Shown piece after piece: positions 11,893 through 24,125 of a DNA stretch of 64,000 nt. Source of the DNA: Malacoraja senta (taxonomy: Eukaryota); NCBI GenBank assembly GCA_038087875.1, contig CM075992.1, forward strand, positions 12,588,001-12,652,000, read 5' to 3'. Each line of letters opens with the position of its first letter. Positions within the stretch are counted from its first letter, which is position 1. A program made the translations under genes and the position numbers. Under the pieces are notes generated by a model. The model saw nothing but the letters and a program-made list of their open reading frames with translations, did no database searches and was not told where the DNA came from.

Positions 11893-13570
11893 GTAGTTAC
11901 CTATCGTCTCCCTTGCTCCTTTTCTAAAGTAGCATGGATTCTATTTGGTGCCCTCCAAAGTGGCTACTCCATTATGTTGAATTCCAGAGACAGCATCAAT
12001 GCACTCACTATTTTCATTATGACTTCCGTTGGTCTGTTTCCGTGCTGGATGACGTTCTGTAAGGTTTGTCGTTTATATTCATCCACGACTTCCTCTTCAC
12101 CAGATTGCAATCAGTCCAGATTGCAACAACACTTGCTCCTCGATGGCCATCAACACAGGGCACCTCAGGGCAGTGAGCTCAGTCCCCTGCTCTACTCACT
12201 TATTTCTACTGTGAAATTCTTATATGGCAGCCAGAACAGCTGTGTAAACACAGAACTCATAGGTAATACAACAAACAAAAGTTCAATAAATTACAAAAAA
12301 ACAATATTAGTGCAAAACAAAAACTGAAATTACTTGGTGCAATCAAGACTGTTCATAGTGTGTAGTTTAGTTGGAGTTTGTAGTGTTCAAATGCCTGGAG
12401 ATTGTTGGGAAGAAGCTGTTCCTGAACAGCCTGAGGTCATAGTTTCAGACTCCCAAACCTTTTCCCAATGGGGGAAGTGAAATGAGAGCGTGGCCAGGTG
12501 GTGTGGGTTCTTGATGATACTGGCTGCCTCTTTGAGGCAACGCCTCCTATAGATCACTTCAATGGTGGGGAGGTCAGTACCCATGATGGACCAGGCTGTG
12601 TTCACCATTATTGTGTTCTCCTTCTTTCCTAGGTGTTCAAATTGCCGAACCAATCCATAACGCAACCAATCAACTTCATGAAAGCTAGGGATCCATGAAC
12701 CTGTCTTCATTAATGAGGCAACAGAACAAAGAGTCAACAGCAGACACAAAATGCTGGAGCAACTCAGCAGGACAGGCAGCATCTCTGGAGAGAAGGGATA
12801 GGTGACATTTCGGGTCGAGACCGTTCTTCAGACTGAAGGGTCTTGACCCGAAACTTCACCCATTCCTTCTCACCAGAGATGCTGCCTGTCCCACTGAGTT
12901 ACTCCAGCATTTTGTGTCTACCTTCGATTTAAACCAGCATCTGCAGTTCTTTCCTACACAAAGAGTCAACAGCTTCAGGTTCCTGGACATGTGTATCTGT
13001 GAAGGCCTGTCCTGGGCCCAGTGGATTGATGCATCACAAAGAAAACTCATCATTGTCTTTATTTCCTCAGTAGATTGAAGAGATTCCCTATGTTGAATAC
13101 TTTTTTGAGCACTCTAACATGGAGTTATAGAGTCATACAAAATGGAAACAGGGCCTTTGGCCCAATAGCATGTTCCAACCAACTTGCCTCATCTGCACGA
13201 GTCCCATGAGCCAGTGATAATAGAATATAGACAATAGACAATAGGTGCAGGAGTAGGCCATTCAGCCCTTTGAGTCAACACCACCATTCAGTGTGATCAT
13301 GGCTGATCATCCCCAATCAGTACCCCGTTCCTGCCTTCTCCCCATATCCCCATGACTCTGCTATCTTCAAGAGCCCTATTTAGCTCTCTCTTGAAAGTAT
13401 CCAGAGAACTGTCCTCCACCGCCCTCTGCGGCAGAGAATTCCACATTCACAACTCTCTGTGTGAAAAAGTGTTTCCTTATCTCCGTTCTAAATGTCTTAC
13501 CCCTTATTCTTAAGCTGTGGCTTCTGGTTCTGGACCCCCAACATCGGGAACATGTTTCCTGCCTCTTGCA
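11893..13570 (-). repeat. Inverted segmental duplication, arm A (reverse complement of about 28082-29774)
   Basis: Colinear through unique sequence and several different TEs. ORFs 12387-12782 and 12856-13053 mirror 28957-29280 and 28622-28819. Confidence 0.95.
12742..12959. mobile_element. Palindromic Penelope-pLTR-derived element with TSD
   Basis: Internal hairpin centred near 12830. AAAGAGTCAACAGC duplicated at 12728-12741 and 12960-12973. Confidence 0.8.
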
Positions 13571-13731
13571 TGTAGTGTATTTGGGTACTTGGAACTGACT
13601 CAAAAGAACACTCAGATACAGGAGTAAACTGACAAGCTTCTTTATTCTAGGACGCCACCTTGAGTCTCCCCTAGCGCATGCGTCCCCTTGCACAATACAT
13701 AACATAAGCTAATTATATTACATACATCACA
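13571..13731 (-). repeat. 3' LTR of small non-autonomous LTR element
   Basis: Minus strand TGTGATG...ACTACA with AATAAA, preceded by PPT AAAGGGGGAGCAG (13732-13744). Inverted copy at 15016-15171. Confidence 0.9.
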
Positions 13732-13991
13732 CTGCTCCCCCTTTAACTTGGAGGCAGGTAACACCATTTACATTATATACATTACATTGCTCCCCCTTTA
13801 GCTTGGAGGCGAATAACACCATTCTATTACATTAAATATAATTGTTTAACACACTGTTGCAAAATTATATTATTACAGTCATCTTACATTACATCCTCAT
13901 AACTGTACAATCGTATCTAAACTTAGCACTTATAATGGTTCATTCCACTCATCTTCTTTAAACCAAATACATTACCCCTTGCTTTATGTGT

Positions 13992-14499
13992 TATCCTTTT
14001 CTGTTCCCTTCTGTATAAATTGCACACTCTTTCTAATTCACTCTAGATCTACCTGTATCTCTGCCTCTTCCCTTTTTAAATATCCTAAACTAATTTGCAG
14101 ATTTCTTCCTGTTCTTGATATTCTGCTAAAGTTAACATTTCCTCTGTTTCTGTTCCTTATTTGTAGGTGGGATCTCACACATGACTGCAGGTTTTCGTTT
14201 TTCAGCAGCTTCCTCTGTCGCTCAATTTCCGGGCGCTGCATATTTATCGGCTCTTGTTGTATAATAACATTCTGCAATGCATAACCATTTGACCATTGCT
14301 AAGTGAAGGAAGCTCCATGCTGGACTATAGTGAAGTGTCCTAATCGCAATCGGTCCTGCATACTTTTGTCTCGACCGCCAAGCCTCTCTTCTTTAGACTT
14401 TTCTATTAACAGTTTTTTGCTCATCGTCACACATTTATTTAACCGTTCTTTGTATCGTTTAAGCCTTTTCTGTTATTCATCTATTTGTCTTCATAAATC
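13992..14499 (-). pseudogene. TLK2: Processed fragment of Tousled-like kinase 2 (coiled-coil region) inside the LTR element
   Basis: Manual translation: [74 protein letters not shown]...EIERQRKLL...LTLAEYQEQEEICKL..GYLKREEAEIQVDLE*LERV. This matches TLK2 as I recall it, with stops and frameshifts. Confidence 0.9.
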
Positions 14500-14835
14500 A
14501 CCTTTCTGGTTATTCATCAAGAAATAGGATCTATATTGTCTTTGCAATACAACACTGGCTTTGATTTGTGCTCTGTATATATTTCTTACTACATAAGCAG
14601 GGTAGTGAGACTGCACTACAACTGCTATATAAATCAGTTTCAGGAAGTCTTTCCTATATCGTTTAAGCCTTTTGTATCGTTTAAGCCTTTTCTGTTGCAC
14701 ATCTATTTGTCTCCTTAGGTCTTTCCTATACCAACTCATACAGAGTACTGACTTCACTTTTACAGTAGCCCTCTTTAGCTTAACCCACTGCCTAACCACC
14801 ATACTCTTGTAGGCAGCCTGAATGGTAATGGTTGC
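14500..14835 (-). pseudogene. IQ-motif repeat fragments, ASPM-like, interleaved with a short second TLK piece (about 14668-14722)
   Basis: ATITIQAAYKSMVVR, AVVVQSHYPAY and KASVVLQRQYRSY are IQ-type repeats. [17 protein letters not shown] lies between them. Confidence 0.65.
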
Positions 14836-15015
14836 ATATCTGGGCTTGTATACTCTGGAATTTAGAAGGATGAGAAGGTTTCTTAATGAAACATATAAGA
14901 TTATTCAGGGATTGGATATGTTAGAGGTAGGAAACATGTTCCCGATGTTCGGGGAGTCCAGAACCAGAAGCCACAGTTTAAGAATAAGGGGTAAGACATT
15001 TAGAACGGAGATAAG

Positions 15016-15171
15016 TGTGATGTATGTAATATAATTAGCATATGTCTTGTGCAAGGGGACGCATGCGCTAGGGGAGACTCAAGGTGGCGTCCTAGAATAA
15101 AGAAGCTTGTCAGTTTACTCCTGTATCTGAGTGTTCTTTTGAGTCAGTTCCAAGTACCCAAATACACTACA
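15016..15171 (+). repeat. 5' LTR of the same small LTR element, inverted relative to the 3' LTR
   Basis: Reverse complement of 13571-13731, followed by a PBS. Confidence 0.9.
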
Positions 15172-15173
15172 AT

Positions 15174-15191
15174 TGGCGATGAGGATGGGAT
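15174..15191 (+). promoter_or_regulatory. Primer-binding site, tRNA-Ser(GCT)-like
   Basis: TGGCGATGAGGATGGGAT, 2 nt after the LTR, is one mismatch from the complement of the tRNA-Ser 3' end ATCCCATCCTCGTCGCCA. Confidence 0.8.
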
Positions 15192-15701
15192 AGAGATGGG
15201 ACTCATCCGCAGGACTATTTTGCAACACGCAGGATTGTTTAACAGTTTAAACAGTAGATACGGAGTTGTGTCGCAGTTGTTTGTGAGCTGGACATGAGAG
15301 GCCTGCAGATCCCTCTATGCTGGGGACTGTAATTCAAAAACATCAGCTGTACAAGTTGGCGAGTTTTGTAAGGCTATCTCTATGTTGTGTCTATGTGGCA
15401 AGATGTCGTCCTTCGGATTGTTACACATTTTAGACTGAGTTTTTTTTGTCGAATTCCTCAAGCTGAATAATCTTTGTACAGCTAAGTTTTAGGTGAATTG
15501 TTACACCAGAACACACAACAAGGATAACGAGGCAACGAGGATAAAAGAACAGAAATGAACAAAGAAGGGCTGTCAAAAAAAAAAAAAGTTAAAAAGAAGA
15601 GGTTGTGTTTGGAAACAAAGTGGGACGGCACCAAGCCAAAGAAAAGAAAGGTCAGAACAGGAAGCAAGGAAAACAAGTGGGGCAGTAAGTAAGTGTCACC
15701 G

Positions 15702-16920
15702 AAGCCTCCACATCCTTCCTGCAATAGGGCGACTAGAAATGCACACAATATTCCAAATGAGGCCTCACCAAAGTCCTATGAAGCTGTACCATGATTTCCT
15801 GACTCTTATACCCAATGCCCTGACCTATGAGGAGGTGACAAACGTGGTCGATAAGGGTAAGGTGGTGGATGTTGTCTACATGGATTTTAGTAAGGTGAAC
15901 TTGCACTTGGGCATTGTCTTCAGTTTAGTAAAGATTTCATTAAGCTGACGCATCATAGCAAAGTGGGTTTATGAGGATGTTGTTGGGACCCAAGTTCTAG
16001 AGCTACAGAGAGAGCTGGGCAGGCTAGAACCTTAATCCTTGGAGCACAGGAGGCTGACGGGTGAACTTACAGAGATGTATAAGTCATGGGGAGTAGATAG
16101 AGTGAATCTTTAGTTGAGTTTAGAGAAACGGCATGGAAACAGGCCCTTCAGCTCACCGAGTCCACATCGACAATCGATCATCCCTACGCTAGTCCTATGT
16201 TATCCTACACACTAGGTGGAATTTACAGAAGCCAATCACGATCGTCTTTGGAATATGGTTGGAAACCGGAGCACCCACGCGGTCACATGGAGAACGTACA
16301 AACTCCACAGAGACAGCACTCGTTGTCAGGATTGAACCTGGGTTTCCGGCGCTGTGAGGCAACAGCTCTAACGCTGCTCCACTGTGCTGCCCCTGCACAG
16401 TGTTTTTCCCATCAGGCATTTAACAACTAGAGAGCTTAGGTTTAAGGAGGGATAGGAAAGAGTTAATAGGAAACTGAGGGACAATGCTTTCACACAGAGG
16501 GTGCTGGGTATATGGAACAAACTGCCAGAGGAAGTGGCGAGGCAGCATTTATGAAGCTCAATGTCCTTTCATAAACTGTGCTGGGTTGTAGCAGGCACCT
16601 GCTGCTGACCACAGTTCAGTACAATATGGGCGAGGACAACTTTCTCTCACTGGCCTTCTCTATCTCTACAGCTGAGTTGGTTTGTGCGCACGTGTGGTTT
16701 TCACCAGTTCTACTCTGACAGCTCTATATCTATGGTCTATTTTGAGAGACGGAGAAAGAGATGTTATCATCCTGGGTGGACAAAACCATACACTAAATAA
16801 AACTTGCTACTTACTGTATAATCTTACAGATCGCTTCGAGAATGCAGAAAAAATGAAATAACAAGATGTACTGAACCAGATCCTTTTATGATTCAGCATG
16901 TTGCAGAATGACAACACATA
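15702..16920 (-). repeat. Inverted segmental duplication, arm C (reverse complement of about 24865-26007)
   Basis: Colinear across CR1 pieces, a SINE and unique sequence. ORF 15739-15948 mirrors 25761-25970. Confidence 0.95.
16190..16395 (-). mobile_element. tRNA-derived SINE (V-SINE/HE1-like)
   Basis: A box (GTGGAGCAGCGTTAG) and B box (GGTTCAATCC), then TGTGGAGTTTGTACGTTCTCC. Mirror copy at 25305-25515. Confidence 0.75.
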
Positions 16921-16939
16921 GTACAACATATATTAATAA

Positions 16940-18633
16940 AGGTAAGGGGGGAGTATGAGTGCCAGGGCAGTTTATTGTTCTGGATGTCAGATGTGGGAAG
17001 TCATGGAGTCTGATAACCTTCCAGACGTCCACATCTGCACCAGGTGCGTCAAGATGAGGCTCCTAAGGGACCGTATTAGGAAGCTAGAGCAGCAGCTCGA
17101 TGACCTCTGTCTGGTCAGGGAGAGTGAGGAGGTCATAGAGAGGAGTTATAGAGAGGTGGTCACTCCAAGACCACGGGAGGCAGACAGGTGGGTCACGGTT
17201 AGGAGGGGCAAGGGGCAGAGTCAGGGACTAGAGAGTACCCCGGTGGCTGTACACCTTGGCAATAAGTACTCCTGTTTGGGTACTGTTGGGGGGGACAGCC
17301 TACCTGGGGGTAGAGACAGCGGCCGGGCCTCCGGCACAGAGACCGGCCCTGTTGCTCAGAAGGGTAGGGAAAAGAAGAGGAGGGCAGTAGTAATAGGGGA
17401 CTCTATTGTTAGGGGGGTCAGATAGGCGATTCTGTGGACGCAGTCAGGAGACCCGGATGGTAGTTTGCCTCCCTGGTGCCAGGGTCTGGGATGTGTCTGA
17501 ACGTATCCAAGATATCTTGAATGGGAGGGAGAGGAGCCAGAGGTCGTGGTACATATAGGTACCAATGACATAGGTAGAAAAAGAGAAGAGGTCCTGAAAG
17601 GAGAATTTAGGGAGTTAGGAAGAGAGTTAAGAAGAAGGACCGCAAAAGTAACAATCTCAGGATTACTGCCTGTGCCACATGACAGTGAGAGTAGGAAGGG
17701 AGTGAGGTGGAGGATAAGTGGCTGAGGGACTGGTGCAGTGGGCATGGATTCAAGTTTCTGGATCATTGGGACCTCTCTTGAGGAAGGTGTGACCTGTACA
17801 AAAAGGACGGGTTGCACTTGAACCCGAGGGGGACCAATATCCTGGCGGGGAGATTTGCAAAGGCTACTGGGGAGACTTTAAACTAGAACTGTTGGGGGGA
17901 GGGACTCAAATAGAGAAAGCTAGTAGACAGTGTGTGAGGCAGGAGGCAGAGAAGGGAAGCACTCAGACTCAAAATGTGGGGGGGAAAGAAGAAAAAGATA
18001 ATAAACAGAGAATAAGAGGTTACTCAAAAATGCTGGAGTAACTCAGCGGGTGCAGCAGCATCTATGGAGCGAAGGAAATAGGCAACGTTTCGGGCCGAAA
18101 CCCTTCTTCAAACTGATGGGGTGTGGGGAAAAGAAAGGAAACAGGCGGAGGAGGAGCCCGAGGGCTGAGGGATGGGAGGAGACAGCCCGAGGGCTGAGGA
18201 AGGGGAAGAGACAGCAAGGGCTAACAAAATTGGGAGAATTCAATGTTCATGCCCCCAGGATGCAGACTCCCCAAGCGGAATATGATGTGCTGTTCCTCCA
18301 ATTTCCGGTGTTGCACGCTCTGGCCATGGAGGAGACACAGGACAGAGAAGTCGAATATGGAATGGGAGGGGGAGTTGAAGTGCTGAGCCACCGGGAGGTC
18401 AGGTTGGTTATTGCGGACCGAGCGGAGGTGTTCGGCGAAACGATCGCCAAGAGAATAAGAGGTGGTGGGTTTCTTAAATGTGTATATTTTAATGCTAGGA
18501 GCATTGTAAGAAAGGTGGTTGAGCTTAGAGCCTGGATTGACACCTGGAAGTATGATGTTGTGGCGATTAGTGAAACATGGTTGCAGGATGGCAGTGATTG
18601 GAAACTAAATATTCCAGGATTTCGTTGCTTCAA
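16940..18633 (+). mobile_element. CR1 LINE 5' part (ORF1 zinc finger plus SGNH esterase, start of ORF2)
   Basis: CSGC...CTRC, GDSIVRG, HIGTND and YFNARS. Same family as 2560-5852. Confidence 0.9.
18021..18449 (-). mobile_element. Penelope 3' fragment inserted in CR1 with 14-bp TSD
   Basis: AGAGAATAAGAGGT at 18007-18020 and 18450-18463. Matches 53627-54065. Confidence 0.9.
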
Positions 18634-18639
18634 AGATCT

Positions 18640-21600
18640 TCCTTATTTCTAAACATAAATGTTTTTGCAATAAGGGCCAATGTGCTATCTTGCCTTCTTA
18701 ATACTTTCTTCAGCCTGCTAACGTTTTGCAACTCCTGCACAAGAACACATGACTTCTCTACTTCCGTCATAGAACATATACAAAACATTGAACATAGAAT
18801 AGTACAGCACAGGAAGAGGCTCTTCCGCCCACGAGATCTGTGCCTAACATGATGCCAAGAGCAACAAATCTGCCGACATAATCCATATTCCTCCATAGCC
18901 TGCACATCCATGTGCTTATCCATAAGTGCCTTAAATGCCACTATAGTAACTGCCTCCATCTCCACCCCGGCAACTTGTTCCAGGCACCCACCATCCTTTG
19001 TGTAAAAAAAGCCTTGCCCCACACATCTCCTTTAAACTTTGTCCCTCTCACCTTAAAGCTATGCCCTCTAGTATTTAAAATTTCGATCCTGGAAAATAGG
19101 TTCTGACTATCTCCCCTATCTATCCCTCATTTGCAACTCTCCTCCATTTAGATAATGTTCTACCTTTGAATTCCTCTTCCAGTGCATGACCTCACATCTT
19201 CCACATTAAACTCCATTTGCTAACTTTTGGCTCTTCAATCTCTGTGTAGAGTCATAGAGTCAAAGACTCAAAGAGTGATACAGTGTGGAAACATGACACT
19301 TCCCTGGGCTTGGTCCATTTCCCTCCAAACCTTCCTTTCCATGTACTTGTCAAACTATTTCTTAAATGATGGGATAGTCCCAGCCTCAACTACCTCCTCT
19401 GGCAGCTTGGTCCATACCCGGACCACACTTTGTGTGAAAAAGGTACCCCTCTGATTCCTATTAAATCTTTTCCTCTTCATTCCCCTACGCTGGGCAAAAG
19501 ACTCTGTGCATCTGCCCGATCTATTCCCCTCTTATACACCTCTACAAGATCACCCCTTATCATCCTGTGCTCCATGGAATAGAGACCAAGCCTACTCAAC
19601 CTCTAATCCTGGCAACATAAATCTTTTCTGAACCCTTTCAAGCTTGACAATATCTTTCCTATAACATGGTGCCCAGAAATGAACACAATATTCAAAATGC
19701 GGTCTCACCAACGTCTTATACAACTGCAACATGACCTCCCAACTTCTATACTCAATACTCTGCCTGATGAAGGCCAAAGTGCCAAAAGCCTTTTTGACCA
19801 CATCTACCTGCGACTCAACCCTCAAGGAACCATGCACCTGTACTCCTTGATCCCTCTGCTCTACAACACTACCCAGAGACCTACCATTTATTGTGTCAGT
19901 CCTGCCCTTGTTCGATGTCCCAAAATGCAACACTTCACATTTCTCCGTATTAAATTCTATCAATCATTCCTCCGCCCACCTGGCCAATCGATCCAGATCT
20001 TGCTGCAATCGTTCACAACCATCTTCACTCTCTGCAAAACCATTAACTTTTTTATCACCAGCAAACTTACTAATCTTGCCCTATATGTTCTCATCCATAT
20101 CATTGATGTAGATGACAAACAGTAACGGGCCCAGAACCGAACCCTGAGGCCCACCACTAGTCACAGGCATCCAGTCTGAGAAGCAATCTTCAACCATTAC
20201 CCTCTGCTTCCTTCCATGAAGCCAATTTGCTATCCATTCAGCTATCTCTCCTTGGATTCCATGCGATCCATCCTTCCAGAGCAGACTACAATGCGCAACC
20301 TTGTCGAACGCCTTACTGAAGTCCATGCACACAACATCTACAGCTCGGCCTTCATCAACCTTTTTGGTCACGTCTTCAAAAAAATCAATCAGATTTGTGA
20401 GACACGATCTCCCTCATACAAAACCATGCTGACTATCCCTAATCGGCCCTTGAGCATCCAAATGCCTGTATATCCTATCCCTCAGAATACTCTCCAGTAA
20501 CTAACCTATTACAGATGTTAAGCTCACTGGCCTATAGTTCCCAACATTTTCCCTGCAGCCCTTCTTGAAAAGAGGTAAAACATTTGCCACCCTCCAGTCT
20601 TCCGGCACCTCTCCTGTATTTAAGGACGACTCATAAAATTTAAACCAGGGCTCCTGCAATTTTCTCTCTAGTTTCCCACAATGTCCTCAGATATATCAGA
20701 TCAGGCCCTGGAGATTTGTCTATCTTCGAACAAGACAGTACCTTTAGTACTTCTTCAACAGTGATCCTGACTGCTCTCAAGACACTTCCAGTGACTGCTC
20801 CAATTTCCTAGGTCCTACTGTCTTTCTCCTCAGAAATACAGAGGAGAAATACTCATTGAGGACCTTGCCCATCTCCTGTGGCTCCACACAGAGGTGACCG
20901 CTTTGATTCCTGAGAGGTCCCACTCTCTCCCCTCCAGGGATACACTTGATCCCAGCTGCCTATACATGTCCCATGCATCCTTCTTGTTTTTGACTAATGT
21001 CTCAATTTCCCTCGTCAGCCAAGCTTTCTTATGTTTGCCTGCTTTGTCCTTCACTCTAACGGGGACGTACACATCCTGAGCTTTCTTCAGTACACGTTTA
21101 AAAACATTCCACTTAGCTGATGTTCCTTTCCCATCTAATAACCTGCTCCAGTTAACTTGAGCGAGACCTTCTCTCATAGCCTCAAATTGGCCTTACCCCA
21201 GTTGAGCATTTAAACACATGACCCTCTCCGTCCCTATCCATAACTATCTTAAACCTAATCAAACTGTGGTCACTGGTCCCAAAAGGCTCATCCACACACA
21301 CTTCATTAACTTGCCCTTCCCAATTTCCCAATATTAGATCCAGCGTTGCCCTCTCACATGTAGGGGCCTCCACATACTGCTTAAGAAACCTTCTGAACAG
21401 TTTTGAGGAATTACACCCCATCTGAACCCTTCACACTATGATTTTCCCAGTCTATATTAGGAAAGTTGAAATCCCCTCCTACAACCTTATTTGACCTGCA
21501 GCTGTCTGCAATCTCCCGGCACATTTGTTCTTCTAATTCCTGTTGACTATTCGGTGTCTGTAGTACACCCCCAACAAGGTGATCATCCCTTCCTTGTTCC

Positions 21601-21791
21601 TCAGCTCCACCCGTATAGCCTCACAACATGAACCGTCAATAATGTCACCTCTGAACACAGCCGTGACATCCTCCTTAATCAACAATGCAATCCCCCCTCC
21701 TCTTTTCTCCTCACCCCTGTCTCTACTGAAGCTCCTGTACCCCGGAACATTGAGCTGCCCGTCCTGCCCCTCCCTTAACCAGGTTCCCGTG
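18640..21791 (-). mobile_element. Nested degenerate CR1 copies
   Basis: Minus-strand fragments: DFSKAFDKV, QGSVLGP, VRPHFEY, YYR, TWL. Confidence 0.85.
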
Positions 21792-22680
21792 TAAACATAG
21801 AAACATAGAAACATAGAAAGTAGGTGCGAGAGTAGACCACCAGGCCCATCGAGCCCGCACCGCCATTCGCTCATGGCTGAACACTAAACAGACACCCTTA
21901 CCCACAAACAGTAGACACAAGACACAGAACACAAGACACTACCCTCCCCTTTATACCGCTATCACCCCTCTCCACCCCAAGAACCGCGTGATCTCCTGGG
22001 GGAGGCAAAAAAACGGATAAAAACCCAGGTCCAATTTGGGAAAAAAATCCGGGAAATTCCTCTCCGACCCCAATCCAGGCGATCGACACTTGTCCAGGAG
22101 ATCACTCAGGTCTTACTATACTAACCATACCTAGGTCCATATCCCTGCCTTCTCCCCGTAGCCCCTTATCCCCTTGGCAGCTAAAAAACCATCTATTTTA
22201 GATTTAAATATATTTAATGTTTCTGCTTCCACTGCTACCTGGGGCAGTGAATTCCATAAATTAACCACCCTCTGGGTGAAGAAGTTCTTCCTCATCTCAG
22301 TTTTAAAAGAGCCCCCCCTTATTCTACAACTATGTCCCCTAGTTCTAGTTTCCCCGATCATTGGGAACATCCTCGGTGCATCCACCCGATCAAGGCCCCT
22401 CACGATCTTATATGTTTCAATGAAATCGCCTCTCATTCTTCTAAACTCCAAAGAGTAGAGTTCCAGCCTACTTAACCTTTCCTCATATGTCAATCCCCTC
22501 ATTGCAGGAATTAATCTTGTAAACCTTCGCTGCACTGCCTCCAGGGCCAGTACATCCTTTCTTAAGTATGGACCCCAGAACTGTACACAGTATTCCAAAT
22601 GTGGTCTCACTAATACTGTGTACAGCTGCAGCAAGACCTCCGTGTTTTTATACTCAATCCCCCTAGCAATAAAGGCCAAT
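21792..22680 (-). mobile_element. Young CR1 3' end with long 3'UTR and (TTCTATGT)n tail
   Basis: Uninterrupted 186-aa ORF2 C-terminus (22131-22691) and an 8-mer tail at about 21792-21818. Confidence 0.9.
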
Positions 22681-22688
22681 CCCCCTAG

Positions 22689-23168
22689 CACTCAGGAACA
22701 GGCCTTGGTGCACGACACCAGGATGGGCAGTGAGCCACATCACTGTTCATTACTGCACTCAACACATACTACTGTTTGGTCCCAACAGTGTAATGGTCCA
22801 GTGTATAATCCAGTGTAGCATTAGCAAACCTTCCCGCTGGGATGTTGGTTACGTTTAGGTGCAACCCGTCCCCTTTATTAGATGCAACCCGTCCCCTTTA
22901 TGCAACCCTGCCCCGGAAGAAATCCCAATTATCCAGAATCCCTGCCCCCTGCACCATCTCCTCAGCCACACATTCATTTCCCCTGTCTTCTTATTCTTAC
23001 CTTCACTAGCACGAGGTACTGGAGGCAATCCTGAGTGTTCTCACTCAGGAACAGGCCTTGGTGCACGACACCAGGATGGGCAGTGAGCCACATCACTGTT
23101 CATTACTGCACTCAACACATACTACTGTTTGGTCCCAACAGTGTAATGGTCCAGTGTATAATCCAGTG
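22689..23168 (+). repeat. 127-bp perfect direct duplication (22689-22815 = 23042-23168) flanking a CR1 ORF1 fragment
   Basis: The two copies read identical. The spacer carries a minus-strand esterase fragment. Confidence 0.9.
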
Positions 23169-23399
23169 CATCATCCAGTGTACAATCCAATGTACCAATC
23201 CATTAGTGTGTAAGAAGGAACTGCAGATGCTGGTTTAAACCGAAGATGGACATGCAGTGGGACAGGCAGCATCTCTGGAGAGAAGGAATAGTTAACATTT
23301 CAGGTTGAGAGCTGGGTAAGTGGACCTAGGAAAGATTAATGGAGTTTAATTAGGATGAATACATAGTAGTTTATCTAGAATAGGGGAATCAAGAACCAG

Positions 23400-24125
23400 A
23401 TGGCGATAGAGGAGGCCCAGGACAGAAAGGTCAGTGTAGGAACAGGAAGGGGAGTTAAAATGGTTAGCAACCAGGAAATCCAGTAGGCCATGGTTTAGTA
23501 CGAGCGCAAGTGTTCAGCAAAACAGTCAGCCGATTCTACACTTGGTCTTGCCGATGTAAAGGAGGCCACATCTGGAACACAGAGGATGAGACACAAAAAG
23601 CTGGAGTAACTCAGTGGGACAGGCAGCATCTCTGGAGAGAAGAAATAGGTGACGTTTTTGTGTATATCTTCGGTTCAAACCAGCACATCTCAACTACAAG
23701 GATTGCTGGGGTCCTGGGTTGATGTGAGGGAAGAGCTATAGGGACAGGTGTTACATCTCCTGCTGTTACGAGGGAAGGTACCTGGGAAGCGGGTGATTTG
23801 GGTGGGAAGGGATGAGTGAACCAAGGAATAGAAGAGGGAGCTGTCTCTGTGGAAGGCAGAAAGGGGTGGAGATGGGAAGATGTAACTACATGGGATCACA
23901 TTGGAGGTGGTGGAAATGTCAGAGAAATAAGTGTTGGATGTGGAAGCTGGTGGGGTGAAAGGTGAGGACCAGGGAAACTCTATTCTTGTTCAGTTTGGGG
24001 GGAGGGGAGGCAAGAGCAAAACTACGGGACACTGAGGAGGCGCAGGTGAGGGATCTGTCTATGACAGCAGGGGGAATCCACATTTACTACAGAAAGAGGA
24101 CATTTCTGATGTCCTAGGATGAAAA
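23400..24125 (-). mobile_element. Old Penelope fragment interrupted by a pLTR-derived piece
   Basis: Degenerate match to 10540-11110. Confidence 0.75.
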
